In this document: positions 39,690 to 54,018 of the stretch, in pieces
Layout of the letters: each line of letters opens with the position of its first letter
How positions within the stretch are numbered: position 1 is the stretch's first letter
Notes under the pieces: model-generated
Seen by the model: only the letters and a program-made list of their open reading frames with translations
What the model was told of the DNA's origin: nothing
Database searches by the model: none
Assembly: GCA_024704765.1 (NCBI GenBank)
Contig: JAKMXF010000199.1
Coordinates: 620,605-684,604 of the forward strand
Source of the DNA: Oopsacas minuta
Taxonomy: Eukaryota > Animalia > Porifera
DNA: 64,000 nucleotides
Reading direction: 5' to 3'
Program-made: the position numbers and the translations under genes

Positions 39690-41480
39690 CTGGTCGTGGT
39701 CGACCTAGAAAGAAATTCTACTAGGACAAATTTACCGCTAGTAAATCTAATACTACAGCGTTCGGAGACTTGGTAACAGCACCCAGCACGAAACGGTCTG
39801 ATGCAAGGAGTCGCAAGTACACAAAGGTTCTTCCACACAGAGGTTACATTGCCAAATTCAGGATGCCTCCAAAAAACATTTCTAAGCCTGTATTACTACG
39901 TTCAGCTGAAGGAAATTCTGGAGAATTGCACACAAGCCAACAGGCATGAGAGTCCTTGATATAAGCATCTTAGCATAATTATTCTTTACGTTTCGTTGCA
40001 GTGAATGTATTAGAAGTCTTGCCTTATACGAAGATAAATGGATCCATGGCCGACAAACTTTCTTCACACCCAAATGCGATAGATGTCATAAAGAATATGC
40101 TACCTTCTCTTGCTCACGTTTTATCGACATACCTAGCCACTATACCTGTGTCAATGTGCCATTTACACCCAAGGATATGAATGAAGTTACCATCAGATCT
40201 GTAATGGCAGTACACTCAACTGGTATGTCTTGGCGTAATTAACACAAAATCTCTATAATATTTGATATGCCATCACCACTTCAAAGCATGCCAAATCAGT
40301 ATCTACAACCGTTTGGAAGAGGTTACCACGGCTGCGGTAACAACCGCTATGTCTAATACGGCTAAACAAATACACCAAAAAGTAGACTCAAAACCTTCCC
40401 TGAACCTAATGCTACTAACGCTACTATTAGCTTCGATAGCTCCTGGAAGACCAGAGGATTCTATTCAAACATTGGTTTCGGTGCTGTTGTCTCTACTGAC
40501 ACCAAGAGGTACTGGACTACGAGATCATGAGTCGACTCTGCGAGAAGTGCTCTGTCTGGACAGAAGCGAAGAGGAATGATAGAGCAGCTGAGAACGAGAA
40601 GTGGTTGGAGTGTCATAAGTCAACTGTAACTGAAACTATAGTGGATCTTCTCAAAGTATGGAGCCAGAAGCAGCCATGAGGATTTGGGGACGCTCCTTAG
40701 AGAAGAATCGTTTGGTTTATTAAATTTTTTCTGGACGGAGATTCCAAGAGCTACCAGCAGCTGACAGAGCTAGATCCATACCCTCTAGTGAAGATACGAA
40801 AAGAAGAATGTAAAATGCACGTAGTCAAACGTCTGAAGAAAGCTTTGTTGAAGAAAAATAGAAGTTCGAAATATCATATTTGTATAGCCCGCACTATCTG
40901 ATGGAAGGCTGATTATATCGCCGCAAATTACTCTACTGTCATCTATCAACATCGTGGTTCAACAGCAAATTAGTTGTATTCAGGTATCCGTGTACTAGTT
41001 GGCCATCTGCCCTACTGGAGATCAATCATGGTATCGGTGGAGAAACCCGCCAGGCTCTTCAGCTCATACTGCTTTGACAACCTTCAAACCAACTGATATC
41101 GAAATGTGAAAGAAGTGTTCAATACATATGCGACAGAAAATATCTGTGATCACTTGACGTTAGGACTGACTCAAATGCAAATTAATCACTGCACAACACT
41201 ATATGGAGTCTGTGTCCTAAAAAAGTACGTATCACCTCAATCTATTTGGATTCGCATTGCTATCGCTGTCCTAACATTCAATGAGGGGGAACTGTCTCCA
41301 TTTGGGATCCTGAATGACCTTAACCTGTCTCCATCTTAGAGGGCTTACAATGCAATACTTAAAAGAGAAATTGTGTCAGATTATTCCCGATGTTACCAGA
41401 AAAAGTCTAATTTCCAGCGACGAAAAAGAGCAAGGATATTTGAGCAGCAGAGAAAGAAGGCCCTGTTGAAGGCAGAAGGG
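39690..41480 (+). mobile_element. Decayed Mutator-like transposase
   Basis: Across frames: AT-hook PGRGRPRKK, CSEC...KCDRC, EVTIRSV, ISFDSSWKTRGF-SNIGFG, LDYEIMSRLCEKC, NYSGSSQSME, DGDSKSY, KEECKMHVVKR, and LGLTQ...SLHNTIWSLCPK. Ends not resolved. Confidence 0.75.
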
Positions 41481-41838
41481 GGACAGTTCGGAGATGAGAA
41501 TGTTCAAGAGAAAAGAAGCATGGCAGGGCCCGAGGACGTGGTATGTAGAGGAGAGTCAGGGAGCCTAGTGTCTCTACTGTCTCGACACGGTCTTCTTCTG
41601 ATTCATCGAATAGTTCTGATGAGTCCGATACCCCGTGCAGCATATGTGACCAAAGAGAACCAGACCCTATAGCGAAGAGGAGAATAAGAAAGAAGAATCA
41701 ATCTCAATGGGTACGCTGTGACATCTGTAATGATTGGGTCCATTGTTACTGTGCTGACGTGATTAACGAGATCGTATTTGCCGGCTCTATCACTTTGTGA
41801 CAAGTGTTCCTGATACATGAGTCGTTGGTATCTCTTTA

Positions 41839-43142
41839 CGAGGGGCACTCAATAAGTTTTGAGCCTGACTATGTTGCGAGCTCTTATATAAGTAAACCAT
41901 TACTTGTTTCGAATAAACATGGGATAAATATACTGCGCTGAAAATCTTGTAACTTTATCTTGTATACCTTTCAGATCGCAGTAGTTTTATTATCAGTGGA
42001 TTCCTTAGTTACCAAATCCTCAATACAGTTATCAAGGCGTGATATTCGTTCGATAATACTTTTTCAGTCAACTTTTGAAACAATAAAAGAATGTCACGAA
42101 AATTTCTGTACAGCCTTTGCATATAACAAGGTATATGCGGCAACAGTGAAAATATGGTACAGAGAATTTAAGTGTGCGAATTTTCATCTTGAAGACCAAC
42201 CCCGCCCTGGAACACACCCACACGCTGTTACAGAGGGAATTGTTGAGTCAATTAAGGACACAGTGACAGCAGATCTAAATGTTACATATGAGGGGATTCA
42301 ACACGAAATTGGCATTTCATCCGGGCGGTGCACACCATTTTACACCAATTCCTTCAGCTACGTAAACTTTGTTCCCGCTGGATCCCACATCAGCATCATC
42401 CTGAAGCAGAAGCAGAATCGAGTGAAATGGTGCCATGAAATGCTTAAAAAATTCAACAATGGCAACAGTATAGATGTTTCCAAGATAATAACTGGTGATG
42501 AAACATGGATCTATCACTATGATCCAGAAACAAAGCAGCAGATCCATCAATAGTGTGAAATTGGAGAAGGTCCCCCAACAAAGGTTCGTAGAACTCAGTA
42601 CACCAAGAAACGAATGTATCTTATTTTTTTAATAAAACGAGTGTTAAAACTGTTGTACCTCTTGAACATGGTAAGACAATTAATTCAACCTGGTATACAG
42701 AAAGTTGTTTACCTTTAGTCATCAAAGCAATAAATGTACAGTGTCCTGGCACAGGATTAAGGGGAACTTTTTTGCACCATGATAATACCAGTTCTCATAC
42801 ATCAAAAATGACAAGACAATCCATTGAAGAATCAGGGCTACATATTTGCCACCCCCCCTTATTCTCTAGATCTAGCCCCCTGCGACTTCTGGCACCTCCT
42901 AGAATAACAAACTACCTTAAAGGCAGAAATTTTTCATCGAATTCTGAACTTGAGGTGGCCCTCAGAGAAGTGGTCAGCGACATCAACGAAAATGAATTTA
43001 AAGAACCTATTCAAGCTTGATTTAAACGAATTAACTCATGTATTCAAGCTATGGGATGCTATTTCGAACAATTATAGTAAAAAAATAAATATAGATTGAT
43101 GCTCCTTGATATTTAGGCTCAAAAGTTATTGAGTACCCCTCG
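41839..43142 (+). mobile_element. Mariner element, full length (1304 bp), transposase broken
   Basis: TA-flanked 28-bp TIRs CGAGGGG(C/T)ACTCAATAA(G/C)TTTTGAGCCT (26/28). Motifs IITGDETWIYHYDPETK, HHDNTSSH and DLAPCDFW. Confidence 0.95.
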
Positions 43143-46100
43143 TATATCTATTTTTGATACTATGTTTACTAATATTATTTTTGTATTTTGATCGAAGCTC
43201 CTAGTAAATTGCACTATCATATTTCTTGAATAACTCCCCCGGTGAGTCTTCTAAAAATCGATAGCTAGCTACATAGAACTATTATTCTCTGTATATTTAC
43301 TTATTCACTGTTAGTTTAGATCAAAACATATGGTATTTAGCAGTTGGTATGATTATATTTGGATTAACGTTTTACAAATTTCGTAACTTTCCCTGAGAGA
43401 TTTATATTCGCCCCTGCTACTATTCAAGAAAATACGGAATATATTTTGGAATATCTTTCAAAGTTACAACCTGGTTTCAGCTGATAATTGCAGTAAACTG
43501 CTTTTCAAACCCTCCAGCCATTGGATCAATATACTCGACTCGATTGTTATAATTTTTGATTTCAATTTTGATTTAATTTTTGAATTTAGTCTAGTTTTCG
43601 TACCGTACTAAGCAATAGGTATATTTTTTACTTTTTTTCTTATTTTTTGAATCATTTTTGTAAGATCAACTATTTTGATTTCTTCTATTATATTTTTCTA
43701 TTGTCTTTTTGAGGGTAATGATGTGGGAAATATTCCAGCACATGATTATTTTGAAATGTCTACTACTTGCTGCATCATTTACCAGTTTTCCATAAATCGT
43801 AGAAAAGCTATAGAATAATTAGCCATAATATTCAACAAGTTTGTCCGCATGGGGTGGGCTAAAACTCTCTACCTTAGTTCCAACATTACGTTAAACAAAA
43901 TTTGAAAACAACAAACACAATATATCTCTCCCTCTCTCTAATGGCAAACTTTTCAGAAATTATTCTGGTATTTTGTTGATTGAAAATCTAAATTCATATT
44001 AGCTGAATGGACCATATTGCACCGTATGCCTTCAAGAGATTTAAACTCAAGGAGGATATCCTCACGAAATGGTGTATTGAAATCCAAGCATACATACTCT
44101 ATTGGCTGTTAAGTAAGCACTAAAGGTTGTTTTTGGGAGGCATTTTTAAACTTTCTGGACAAATTTCCGTGGTCTATGTTAGAGACAAGTATAATTGAAT
44201 CTGACTAGAAAAATTTGCTGAGTTCTGACAGAAGATAAGTTTTCTTCAATTGACCTACACTCCCCAAACAAATATCACTGAACCTTGACAGCTGACAAGT
44301 TTTCTTCATTTTGATTCACACTTTCCATATTTATATCACTCGACTCTGACAGGTGACAATATTTCTTCACTTTGAACAACACTCGACAAACCGATATCTT
44401 TGTTTTTCTACAGGTGGCAAGTTGGTTGTTTTCGCTTATTCTGACGTACTTCAAACATTTGCAATTAGAAATGTTTCCATAATGTGTTGATAAATTTTGG
44501 TACAACTATAGAATTGCACCCCTCGAACTTTTCATCCGAAATGTGAAACGCACTCATTCTAGCCTGATCGTACTCGCTGAATGATGAAGATTCCACTTTA
44601 GAACGTTCAATTCGGTGCACAATTGAAAATGTTAGAGCTAAATTACACTACTAAGCCAAAGTCTATGGGCGAAATTGTATTAGTCATCAAATCAATTTAT
44701 ACTGATTCTAGTTACTATCTATAGCCATAGCAATGTGCCTACTAACATCATTACATAGTGACTTACATTATTGAGAATCCTGAACAGGAATGCAAACTAC
44801 AAAATAACAAGCAATCATAATTATTACCATTGCTTCTATTGCTTCTAACAATGCTGTCAATTTTCAAAACGTAAGAGTGTAAAATGAAGCTGATTAGTTC
44901 ATGATTAGTATTTTAATTCTAATAACTTCGTTATATAATGTTGTTTGCAACACTGGAACAACTCGCAGCCTGTTAACAGACCTACGAGAGGGTGGGGCAG
45001 GCGGGGTCAAATATTCGACAGGTGTCACTATGTTCGTACATTGTGAGAATAGAGTTGTCACAATGTTGCGTTAGAAAATCAAGCATTTGCTCGTAATAAT
45101 TATGGTGAGAGCATACGTACTTGTAATCATCCTATCTTCTTGTTGTTATTTAACACTCACTAATGCAAGTTACCATTACAAAAAGGGTATTGTTTGCAAG
45201 TATTGTGAGTGTATCATTGATATTTATCAGGAAATTGTTCTATTGTTCAAACATAGGTTATAGAAATAACAAGAAAATCTCGGGATAATAAGATTGCATC
45301 CCAGGATTGTGATTCGAGAAATAATCCCCGATGTACAATAATCCCTGCATCCAGGGATTCTAACCCTTAATTGTAATATTAAAACATTGAGTTTGAAAAA
45401 TCACACATATAGTCCAAACTTACTACTACTTATTGTTATCATTTAACTATAATTTGAACACTATTTGCTAAACAACAAGATAAGCATTTCTTATTGATTT
45501 TTACAATGTTGTTGAATATGATCTCTTTGTTCCTTCTCCGTCAACATGATTCAATATGATGTGTTTCCAAAAGATCAGGATTCATTGTTTGCCCCTTTCT
45601 CAATCTCTTCTTCACGCTTCCTCAAGAACTTTCTATCCCTTGAGTATTCACTCCTGTGTGAGGATCCACAAAATTCTGAGAGTGATTGACGGTGTGATGA
45701 ACATCACACCGTCAATGTTATTTTTTATACTTTTTATGGCAAAGTATAAAAAATAACATCCAGTAGCGTAACTATGGGGGTGAGTGGGTGGCAGTGCCCC
45801 TCCATTTTTTGAACATGAAACATTCTTACTTATAAGTTCTATTTTTGTCCAATATGTATACAGTATGGTATTTTAACCCACCTAGTTTCATCTGGGAACC
45901 AGTCAACTCGTTCCAATTTTTGAGTCAACTCCGAAGTAAATGTCTCTCATCATTGTGTTATACCAGCGTATTTTAAGGCGTTATCCCAGTTGTTGTCGAG
46001 CTTCTTTACATTAGACAAGCGCACTTCGCTTGCTCGCGCCTCGCGGAGCGAACAATTTGTGTTCACACTCTGACCTACGGCCCTCGAGTACATAAACTCC

Positions 46101-48017
46101 TAATCTTACCCGTAGCAAACATTATACTGCCATAATCTTTAAACCTGTTTAATAATGTCCCAAAAAGTGAACAAATATTTATGAAATGTTGTTTACAATA
46201 TCATATTTGGGCTCAGCACCTCGATTACCTCAGTATGACCAGTGAAAGGAAGTTTCAATCTCAATTTTGAAATTTGTTTACTTTATAATCATAAACTCAA
46301 CAATATATTTTCATATGAGGATCTAAATTCGGATTCAACGTACTTTGTTACCCCTGATTAACCGTTTAGAGCAAGCCCTTAAGCATATTTTGAGATTTAG
46401 ATAATTTGTTTACTTTATAGTCATAAAAATAACAATAAATTTACATTTGATTAATCTCAAAATGTGAAAATTGGATTCAGCGTATTCAACATATTAATTC
46501 AAGTTTCACAGTATTCTTTTTACTTTCTTGGTAACCACGATATATCCATAGTTATGCGACATCTCAGAATAGAGAAAAATTGCATTCCATAATCCCTTGC
46601 TTGACAACGAACGAACATACAGACAAATAGACAACAATTGCGATTTACAAATATGGAAATTTAAAGTAAACAAATTTCTAAATAGTCTTAGAAACTTGGT
46701 TACAACGGTTATACAAGGCCGGACCAATATTTCTACTCGTCAGGTTAGTCAGGTCATGACTAGATATATTTTTTGCCGAAGATCCCAAGTTGTCCGTATC
46801 AATAAATATTTCCTTCCGGGAATTGTTATGCCAGAGTAATCAAGTACGCTAATTCTGTAATTTCAAGTCAATCATATTTTTCTGTCACAAGTTGATTCTG
46901 ATATCTCCAACTCTCTTTACTTATTCACAGTTATTCTAACAAGTATCAACTTGATTCTGTTATCTCCAACTTTCTACAGTTATTCACGGCTATTCTAACA
47001 ACAAGTTGGTCTACTATTTCACGCACTTTCACTACTTTTACATGTAAACTGGATGGCAGAGCTCAAAGGCCAGAATAAGATGCAGGCAGAGATGTTGGCA
47101 GAGTTCAAATCCAATGTAGAGACCTCCAGAGTAATCTACTAAGAAGAGAGCTGATAATTCAAGGTACAAGGAGGTATTGAGTGAGAAATTGAACTTCATG
47201 CAGCGTTTGTTGAGAATCTAGATGCGACATATGCAAACATATTGGACACATTGTAACATTTTATATGCTCATATATAGATTATTATAATATATACGTTTG
47301 TTGTATAATTATATTGTCATTAAATAATTCACCCTTTCCCTAACCTAAGAATTAATTTCAATATCTTAGACGGACTTAGATCTAGTTGGAATTACTTTTT
47401 CGGTATGGTTTATTTCTAAACCAAACAGCTACAAATTGTGAATGCAAATTTCCTAATTAGCAAACTTGGTTTCCCCAACACGTATTGACAGCAAGTGTCC
47501 AACTTGTGTGGGTTAGTCATGTTATTATATCACATAATTGGGCCTATTTCGTATGATAATTTCAGAATATAGCCCTGTTATTAGATATACTCTTTGTAAT
47601 TGAATTGTAGTTACTTACTTAGAAACTCGCTACAATGATACATTGGAATCTGTATAGTCCGACAGGAACTCGTCGGGACAAGAAAATAGTGTCGAATACA
47701 GTAACAAATTGTCAGATAATACGAGTGAAATTGCATTGTCAGAAGCTCATTCAGACCAAAAACACTGTCTGATTATAATGTCCCGCGATTATACAGGTGT
47801 TGGATTATGCAGGTTCCACTTGATCCCGAAATTAAGATTCAGTACATTTATAATACAATAGTTATAACTTATAAGGAGATCCTTGTAGTGTAGCAAAATA
47901 TGTTCATTTAACAGGGATAAATATACCCAGTCCCGCTAGCTTTGAACTTTAATATCATACCTTGCAAATATCTCTTTCCATATTATGGAGTTCAATAATA
48001 ATTTGATTAATATAAAT

Positions 48018-50408
48018 CAGTGGTTCTCAACCTTTTCTGCCCTTCTCCCCCCCATAATGTTTAATCTTCCTTTTGGCCCCCCCTCTTTTCTAGTAATTTG
48101 AAATTTAGTTTTTAATTCAAATTAACTGTAATTAATGCCAACCTTGTAATTGCTTATTAGATGTTAATATTTCAATATCTGAACTATAAGTTGATGCTGA
48201 TATCCTTAAATCTTCTCTGAAGTCAAGTCACCTGCGGTGTTATGTCCTAAGAAAATTTGCCGAAGAAAACGTTTTCTCCCAAAAATATGTTGTTGGAAAT
48301 GGTAGCAAAAGCAATCTTTCAGCTGTTTTGAAAAGATTTGGTGCTACCCCCTTCACTTCAAACCAGAATTTAGTTTTGTTAGCACAAGAATATTTAGTTT
48401 TTGCCTCCTCATTTGCCTGGAATATAACAACTCTGTTAGTATGTTTTCTAAGTCCATCATATCTTCCAGTGACATATCCATCGGGGTTAGCAGGTATTTA
48501 GGGATTGATGGAACGTCCGAAAAGCGATTGGAAAAATTAGTAACTAGATTCATCAAATGTTCTTCGACAAGGAGAGTAAATTTAACTTCAAGATGTGGTC
48601 AAGGAGAAAGAATTGCTTCTACACGTGGGGACATGTTCCATTGGTTGCTTAGTATGCGTAAACAAAAGAATTTCAACTGATTTTGAAATTTCGTCACATT
48701 TTCTATAGCCGCTTGAAGAAAAATCCCATCTCCCTGCTACCTAAGATTACTCAGGTTATAGTAAGAGAAGATTTCAGTAAGATAAGCTAATTTCAGTTTG
48801 AAATAGGACGATGAAAACTCTTCTGTCTTGAAGAAATGTTTCTGATCTAGATTCACATAACCGATCATAAATAGAATATACTCGTTCAAGAGTTTTTCCT
48901 CCACTAAGCCAGCGAACTTCTGTGTGGAAAAGGAGGACGTCGTGTTCTGCTTCCGAATCTTCACATTGTTTTCTTAGTATACGTTCGTTCAAAGGACTTG
49001 ATTTGACAAAGTTCACAACTCTGATGACAAGGTTAAGTGTTTCATGAAGTTCAGGCTGGAGATTTTAGCAGCTAACGCCTGTTTATGAAGCATACAATGG
49101 ATAAAACTGCACTGCGGGACTTCCCTTTTAAAACATCCCCAGAATCCAGTATCTCTACCAGTCATATTTCGAGCTCTATCTGTACTAACACTAACACCTT
49201 GGCTTAAACTAATCTGATGTGAGTGACAATAGGATCTACCATCTTGAAGATATCTTGTCCAGTGCAACGACATTCAAAATAATCAACGAAAAGCAATTCT
49301 TCCTTTATGCAATCGTTATCGATGAAACGGATATAGACAATAAAAGTAGAGTCTGCTCCAAATGTGGATTCATCTAATTGAATGCTGATAGGAATATCCT
49401 TTATGAGCTGAATCAATTTATCTTCTAAATTCTGTGAAATTTCACTATCCTCCTTTTTACTGTATCATTAGATAACTGGATTTTGTCTACTTTCTCAGCT
49501 GCCGCACTTCCCAGAACATGCTTGGCACAAGCCAACTGTGAAGGTTTGATTAGATTTTCTGCATTTGTGTGAGGTTTTTGAGCTTTGCGATTAGAAAAGA
49601 TACTTCATAGGATGCCAAAGTACAACAATTCAAATCGGTAGACTGAATGAAGAGGGAAAAAGATTTCTGTTGATCCAAATAAACTTTCTTTTTCTGCGGA
49701 AAGTACTCTATTGGTTGCCCCACCTCTGTGGGATGTTTTGAAAATTGATGCGTTTTTAAATGATGAGGCCTCATAAAATCACTCGCCAAGCATACATGAC
49801 AGGTCAAGCAAAGAGGTTTTAATTCTTCTGGACTAGAAATGAATCCAAAATGCAGATAAGAGGGAACTTAATGTCGAATTCTGCGTTTTCCATTTGGTTC
49901 GGGCATAATCTTCCTATTGTATAATAAAGTCTTGTAATGATAGGATTGAAAATTAATTAATGTATATACAGTTCTATAATATATTTTATGTAGATTGTAG
50001 ATGAAAATTGTATCGATCAACAGGATGTCATATTATTCACATTATTGGAGTTCACACATCGATTACGTATTCACAATCGAATACATAGTATTTATTTCAT
50101 ACAAAAGCAATTTATATTTGTCAAATGCATGCCATCTTTTCGAACCCTCACATTGTAACGCTTACAAAGTATTAAGAATAATTATATCTGATTACTAACT
50201 TTATCGATGTATAATGCAAATGGGTTTTTAAGAGCGAGGAATTGAATACAAAGATATAAAATAAGTAGTGATAGCGAGGAGCCTCCTCTGACTAAATAAT
50301 TTACGCACACCCCAGGTATAGATGGTTCTCTCCGAATATGTATCCCTCCTCTTCGGTATTGTCATCCTCCCCCCAATGGGGGGGATATCCCCTGTTTGAG
50401 AAGTACTG
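48018..50408 (-). mobile_element. Decayed Buster/Charlie-type (ZBED5/SCAND3-like) hAT element
   Basis: BED-like C..C...MRPHHLKTHQFSKHP, IQLDEST, VSTD..RNMTG, IHCMLHKQALAAK, FHTEVRWLS-GKTLERV, KLAYLTEIF. Ends CAGTGGTTCTCAACC and degenerate TTTGAGAAGTACTG. TSDs do not match. Confidence 0.85.
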
Positions 50409-50839
50409 GGTTAGTCAACTCAAACCTTTCTAACTCATGGCAGGTTATACAACTTCAAGGAGTATTATAAAAATGTAGGGTCATGGAAATACTTATGGAG
50501 ACTGATAAAATTATATGTAACTATGAAAGGAAATATTCTGGATGGAATACAGACTTTCCGCTACTTTACAAATGGGTAGAGGTAGGGTTGCCAGATTTTC
50601 GAAGTCCAAACCCACAAATTCGTTCCGACATTCAGTGTTTTATGGGGCAGGGGCTAGGCTGTGGAAACCTATTTCTTTCCGGGCCTGTTTTCACCATGTT
50701 TGTTAAGAAAATGTTTGTCACATTTTCCTGAATAAGCGTCAGAGGCTAAAAACCCTGTGGAATAATTTTATCACCTCCCTCTAGAAGAATATTTTTGTTG
50801 TATTTTACGCCCTATTTGACCATGCTACAAATTAAGATA

Positions 50840-51122
50840 CAGTACATCCTCGCTAATCCGAACAGCATTGTTCCAATTGCAAAAGAATTAGTTTGGATTG
50901 GAGAAATGATAGAAATAATGCTCGAGTCTAGGGGGGGACGTTTTTCGAAGGTTGTATAAACGATGAAAAAGGCTGCCGACATGTGTGTAAGTATAATGGA
51001 TTCGTCCACAGTACAATTATATAATATTTTTTAATTTGAATATTTTAGAAAATTTTCCAAAAGTTGTATAACCTTGCGGACCTGTGAAGATTAGCGAGGT
51101 ACGGTTTAGCGGGGGTTTACTG
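50840..51122. mobile_element. pogo/Tc1-like MITE
   Basis: TA-flanked imperfect TIRs CAGTACATCCTCGCTAATCC / (reverse complement) CAGTAAACCCCCGCTAAACC. No ORF. Confidence 0.55.
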
Positions 51123-51497
51123 TAATTATTTTCCTAAATCTATTTGATCTCGAGTGGAGATGAACACAAACCAGATACACGTATTTTCATGCTAAGAGTA
51201 CTGTTCAATCTAACACCAAGATCAGGTACACAATCACCTGGCTTAACGGCATGGTAATCTATCAACATACTCAAATTTGGGATTGCTGCCTTTATATATA
51301 TATTAAAATTTTAGCAAATTGTTTACGGTATAATCATAGAAACAACATAATACATAGTGGTATTGTGAACTGATAATCTATGTGCTAATTCAAATACCAA
51401 GTTGACGCATTCCAATAACCAGCCCAACATTATCATATATCATACTTTTGGCTTAAGATTGCAAAAAAACTATACTATACTATAGCTCAGCTATATA

Positions 51498-53593
51498 CAG
51501 GGTGTCATTCAAGTCCGTCCTCAATGTTTTTGCATGCCATCTTTCTATATTAAACCAATTTGATTGATATTTTACAAACTGATAAAATATTTAGAAATAA
51601 ATTGTTTAGTAAAGTGTTTACTCAATATATCCTGCATTTTGAGAAATTACAGCCTGTAGCCACTTCCTAAAGTTCCCTACTGCATTTTGCAGTTCATCTT
51701 GTTGTATTTTCTGGCATTCACGCTGGAGGGATAGCTTTAGTAGTTCAAACTCTTGTGAGGTTTAGCACAGGCCCTTGACTCCAGATTAGCCCAGAGGCTA
51801 TAATTGAGCGGATTCAAATCTGGACTAGAGGGGATCATTCGTCTTTGCTATTACACTCGATTTTTCTTGCCATTAACCATTCTTGAGTGCTTTTGGATGC
51901 ATGTGCAGGGGCAGAATCCTGTTAAAAGATCCAAGCGTTATTTCTAAATAGATTTTATCCAGCTACATTGATTTTAAGTTCCAAAATCAATTCTTGGTAT
52001 ATCGCAGAGGTAAGTTTGACCCATTGCGGCACAAAAATCAGTTTTATCCGTGCATTTGCTGAACACCACCCCAGACCATCACAGACAATGGCTTCTCCAC
52101 TCTATCGATAAGTCCTTACAGAGCTTGGACGACCGGATCTAGGTTTGTCACCCAAGCTTTCTGTGTCCTTATATCGTTTTAGGTTACGATATATTAGCTT
52201 AGGTGAAACTTTTCCATCTTTAGCTTTTGAAAAATTTCGTTTTTGAGCTACCTGTCTCGAAAAGTGAGATTATTTTGGATCTAATCTTTTCAGTCATTAT
52301 TTTCACAAGTGTAAACAATATTATGTAGAAGCCTATTACAGGGTGTCTAATAAGTTCTGTTATATATCAATTCCCCAATAATTTCAAATTTATTCATTGT
52401 AAAGCCATGAAACCTTCTACTTTCTTAGGACTTATGTTCCTAATTACACATTACAAATATCATTCAATATAGCCTCCCTTTATATGAATTACGGAAGTTA
52501 GACTGCCCCGTAACTCATCCTTATGAAATCGATATTTTGCTCTTGGAACCAACCCTTGGATACTTTTGAAGCATGGCAGGCTCAGTCTTGTTGGTAAGTA
52601 CAAGGATGGTTTTGAAAGAGCTTCTCACCTGCAGAAGCAATTTCAGGCTCCAAGACCAGCTCTATGTAGGTCTGGGAGTTTATTTTCATTCCTTTGGGGA
52701 CAAAAATCAGGTTTGTCCGTGGGTCTGCCGACACTCCCGCCCATACCATCAGAGAAAGAGGCTTCTGGACTCCATCAATGTACTTGATGCTATCTGGGAT
52801 ATCCTGACTCCGAGAAGCAAGTATACGGTCGTTTTGACGATTGCTTGCCTCCTCAATCGTGAACAGCCTCTCATCTGAGAAGAGAATCTGATCTTCAGTC
52901 CCAGGAGCGAATCGGGCTTTTAGTTTTATGCATCTTTCGAGTCGCTTACGACGTATAGAGTCGTTAAGATGGTGTACGTTTTTCCTCTTATAGGACTTCA
53001 TTCCTAGGTCCTCTACAACCAATTTCCGCATCGTTTCGTGATTGACACAGAATTCACGAGACATTTTTCGCATTGAACGCCGGTGATTTCTCAGGATTCG
53101 ACATCTAACACTATTCTTCAGGGCTGGTGTGCGAGCGGATCTTGGACGACCAACTCGTTTCCTGTCAGACACGCTCCCAGTCTTTATATATCGTTTTATT
53201 GTGCGATAGATCAACATGGGATTGACTTTATCATTTTTTAGCCTTTTAGAATCTCACTGTTGCTAAACCCAGATTCGTGAAAAGTGACAATTTTTGAATG
53301 AATTTCTTCTAACATGATATTCTGGGAAATCATCAACTTGAATGATATATACTTGGTATAATTCGAAAGAGCGCCAAAAATGCTACAAGAAATTCAAGAA
53401 GATTACTTCATAAGTATATTAATAGCTACTGTCTAAGACGCGAAAATCTATAACAGACTTATTAGACACCCTGTATAGCGTTAGAAAGAGCAGAAAAAAT
53501 GTTACAAGTTATACAGCTAAAACTTCTTGTGTGTTCATAAGTAACTATGCAGTGAGATGTGATATATGAGGACAGAACTTATTAGACACCCTG
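51498..53593 (-). mobile_element. maT/DD37D-type element B (outer), internally deleted
   Basis: TA-flanked TIRs beginning CAGGGTGTC. Minus-strand translation gives KPRSGRP joined directly to VEKPLSVMVWGG, then QDSAPAHASK...SPSSPDLNPLNY (37-residue spacing) ... AVISQNAGYIE*. Confidence 0.85.
52339..53473 (-). mobile_element. maT/DD37D-type element A (1135 bp) nested in the 5' non-coding region of element B
   Basis: TA TSD. TIR CAGGGTGTCTAATAAGT(T)CTGTTATA. ORF 52582-53217 has GRPRSART, ILFSDER, NRQNDR, MVWAGVS and YQQD*. The segment with the third catalytic D is deleted before the KGGYIE* tail. Confidence 0.9.
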
Positions 53594-54018
53594 TATAAGG
53601 AATCTCAAAATATAATATTATAATATAATTGGAGTTGACTATTTTATTTTCCAACAAAGTATTCTCGCGTGTAAGACCATTTCTAAGGTTCATGAAATTA
53701 ATGAACTACGATTACACTGATATACAACATTTTTGATGATTTTCTTTCTCTATTATTTTTGCATAGTGTAGATATATGTTGGGAATTATTATCCATGTTT
53801 TCATTCTCAAGGGTACTAAAAGTCAGAAATTTCTATTTTAGTTATGTCGATCTTTTAATTGACTACATGGTCAAAAATATTTCTAAATTCAATTCTACAC
53901 ATCACCCTTATCCAATTTATTTGGTTTTATTGCTTGCATGATCTAATTGCCTCTAATAGTAGTTATAATCTGTTTTATTCCACTCGACATTTAGTTTATT
54001 TTGTTCATTTTATTGTTT

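Noticed and set aside
43700-44520. Possible host exons (ORF 44275-44505)
   Set aside because: No recognisable domain, frequent stops in all frames, and no convincing splice pattern.
46270-47000. Two degenerate local duplications (~130 bp near 46270-46490, ~60 bp near 46890-47000)
   Set aside because: Only two diverged copies each and AT-rich. Ordinary slippage or TE-internal repeats.
48010-50416. Treating the Buster-type hAT at 48.0-50.4 kb as having confirmed ends
   Set aside because: The flanking 8-mers (ATATAAAT vs GGTTAGTC) do not match and the right TIR is degenerate, so the boundaries are approximate only.
3420-52878. Numerous 60-100-aa ORFs antisense to or overlapping transposase fragments (e.g. 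3824-4102, 20829-21155, 32770-33051, 52573-52878)
   Set aside because: These are shadow frames of real coding sequence with no independent motifs.
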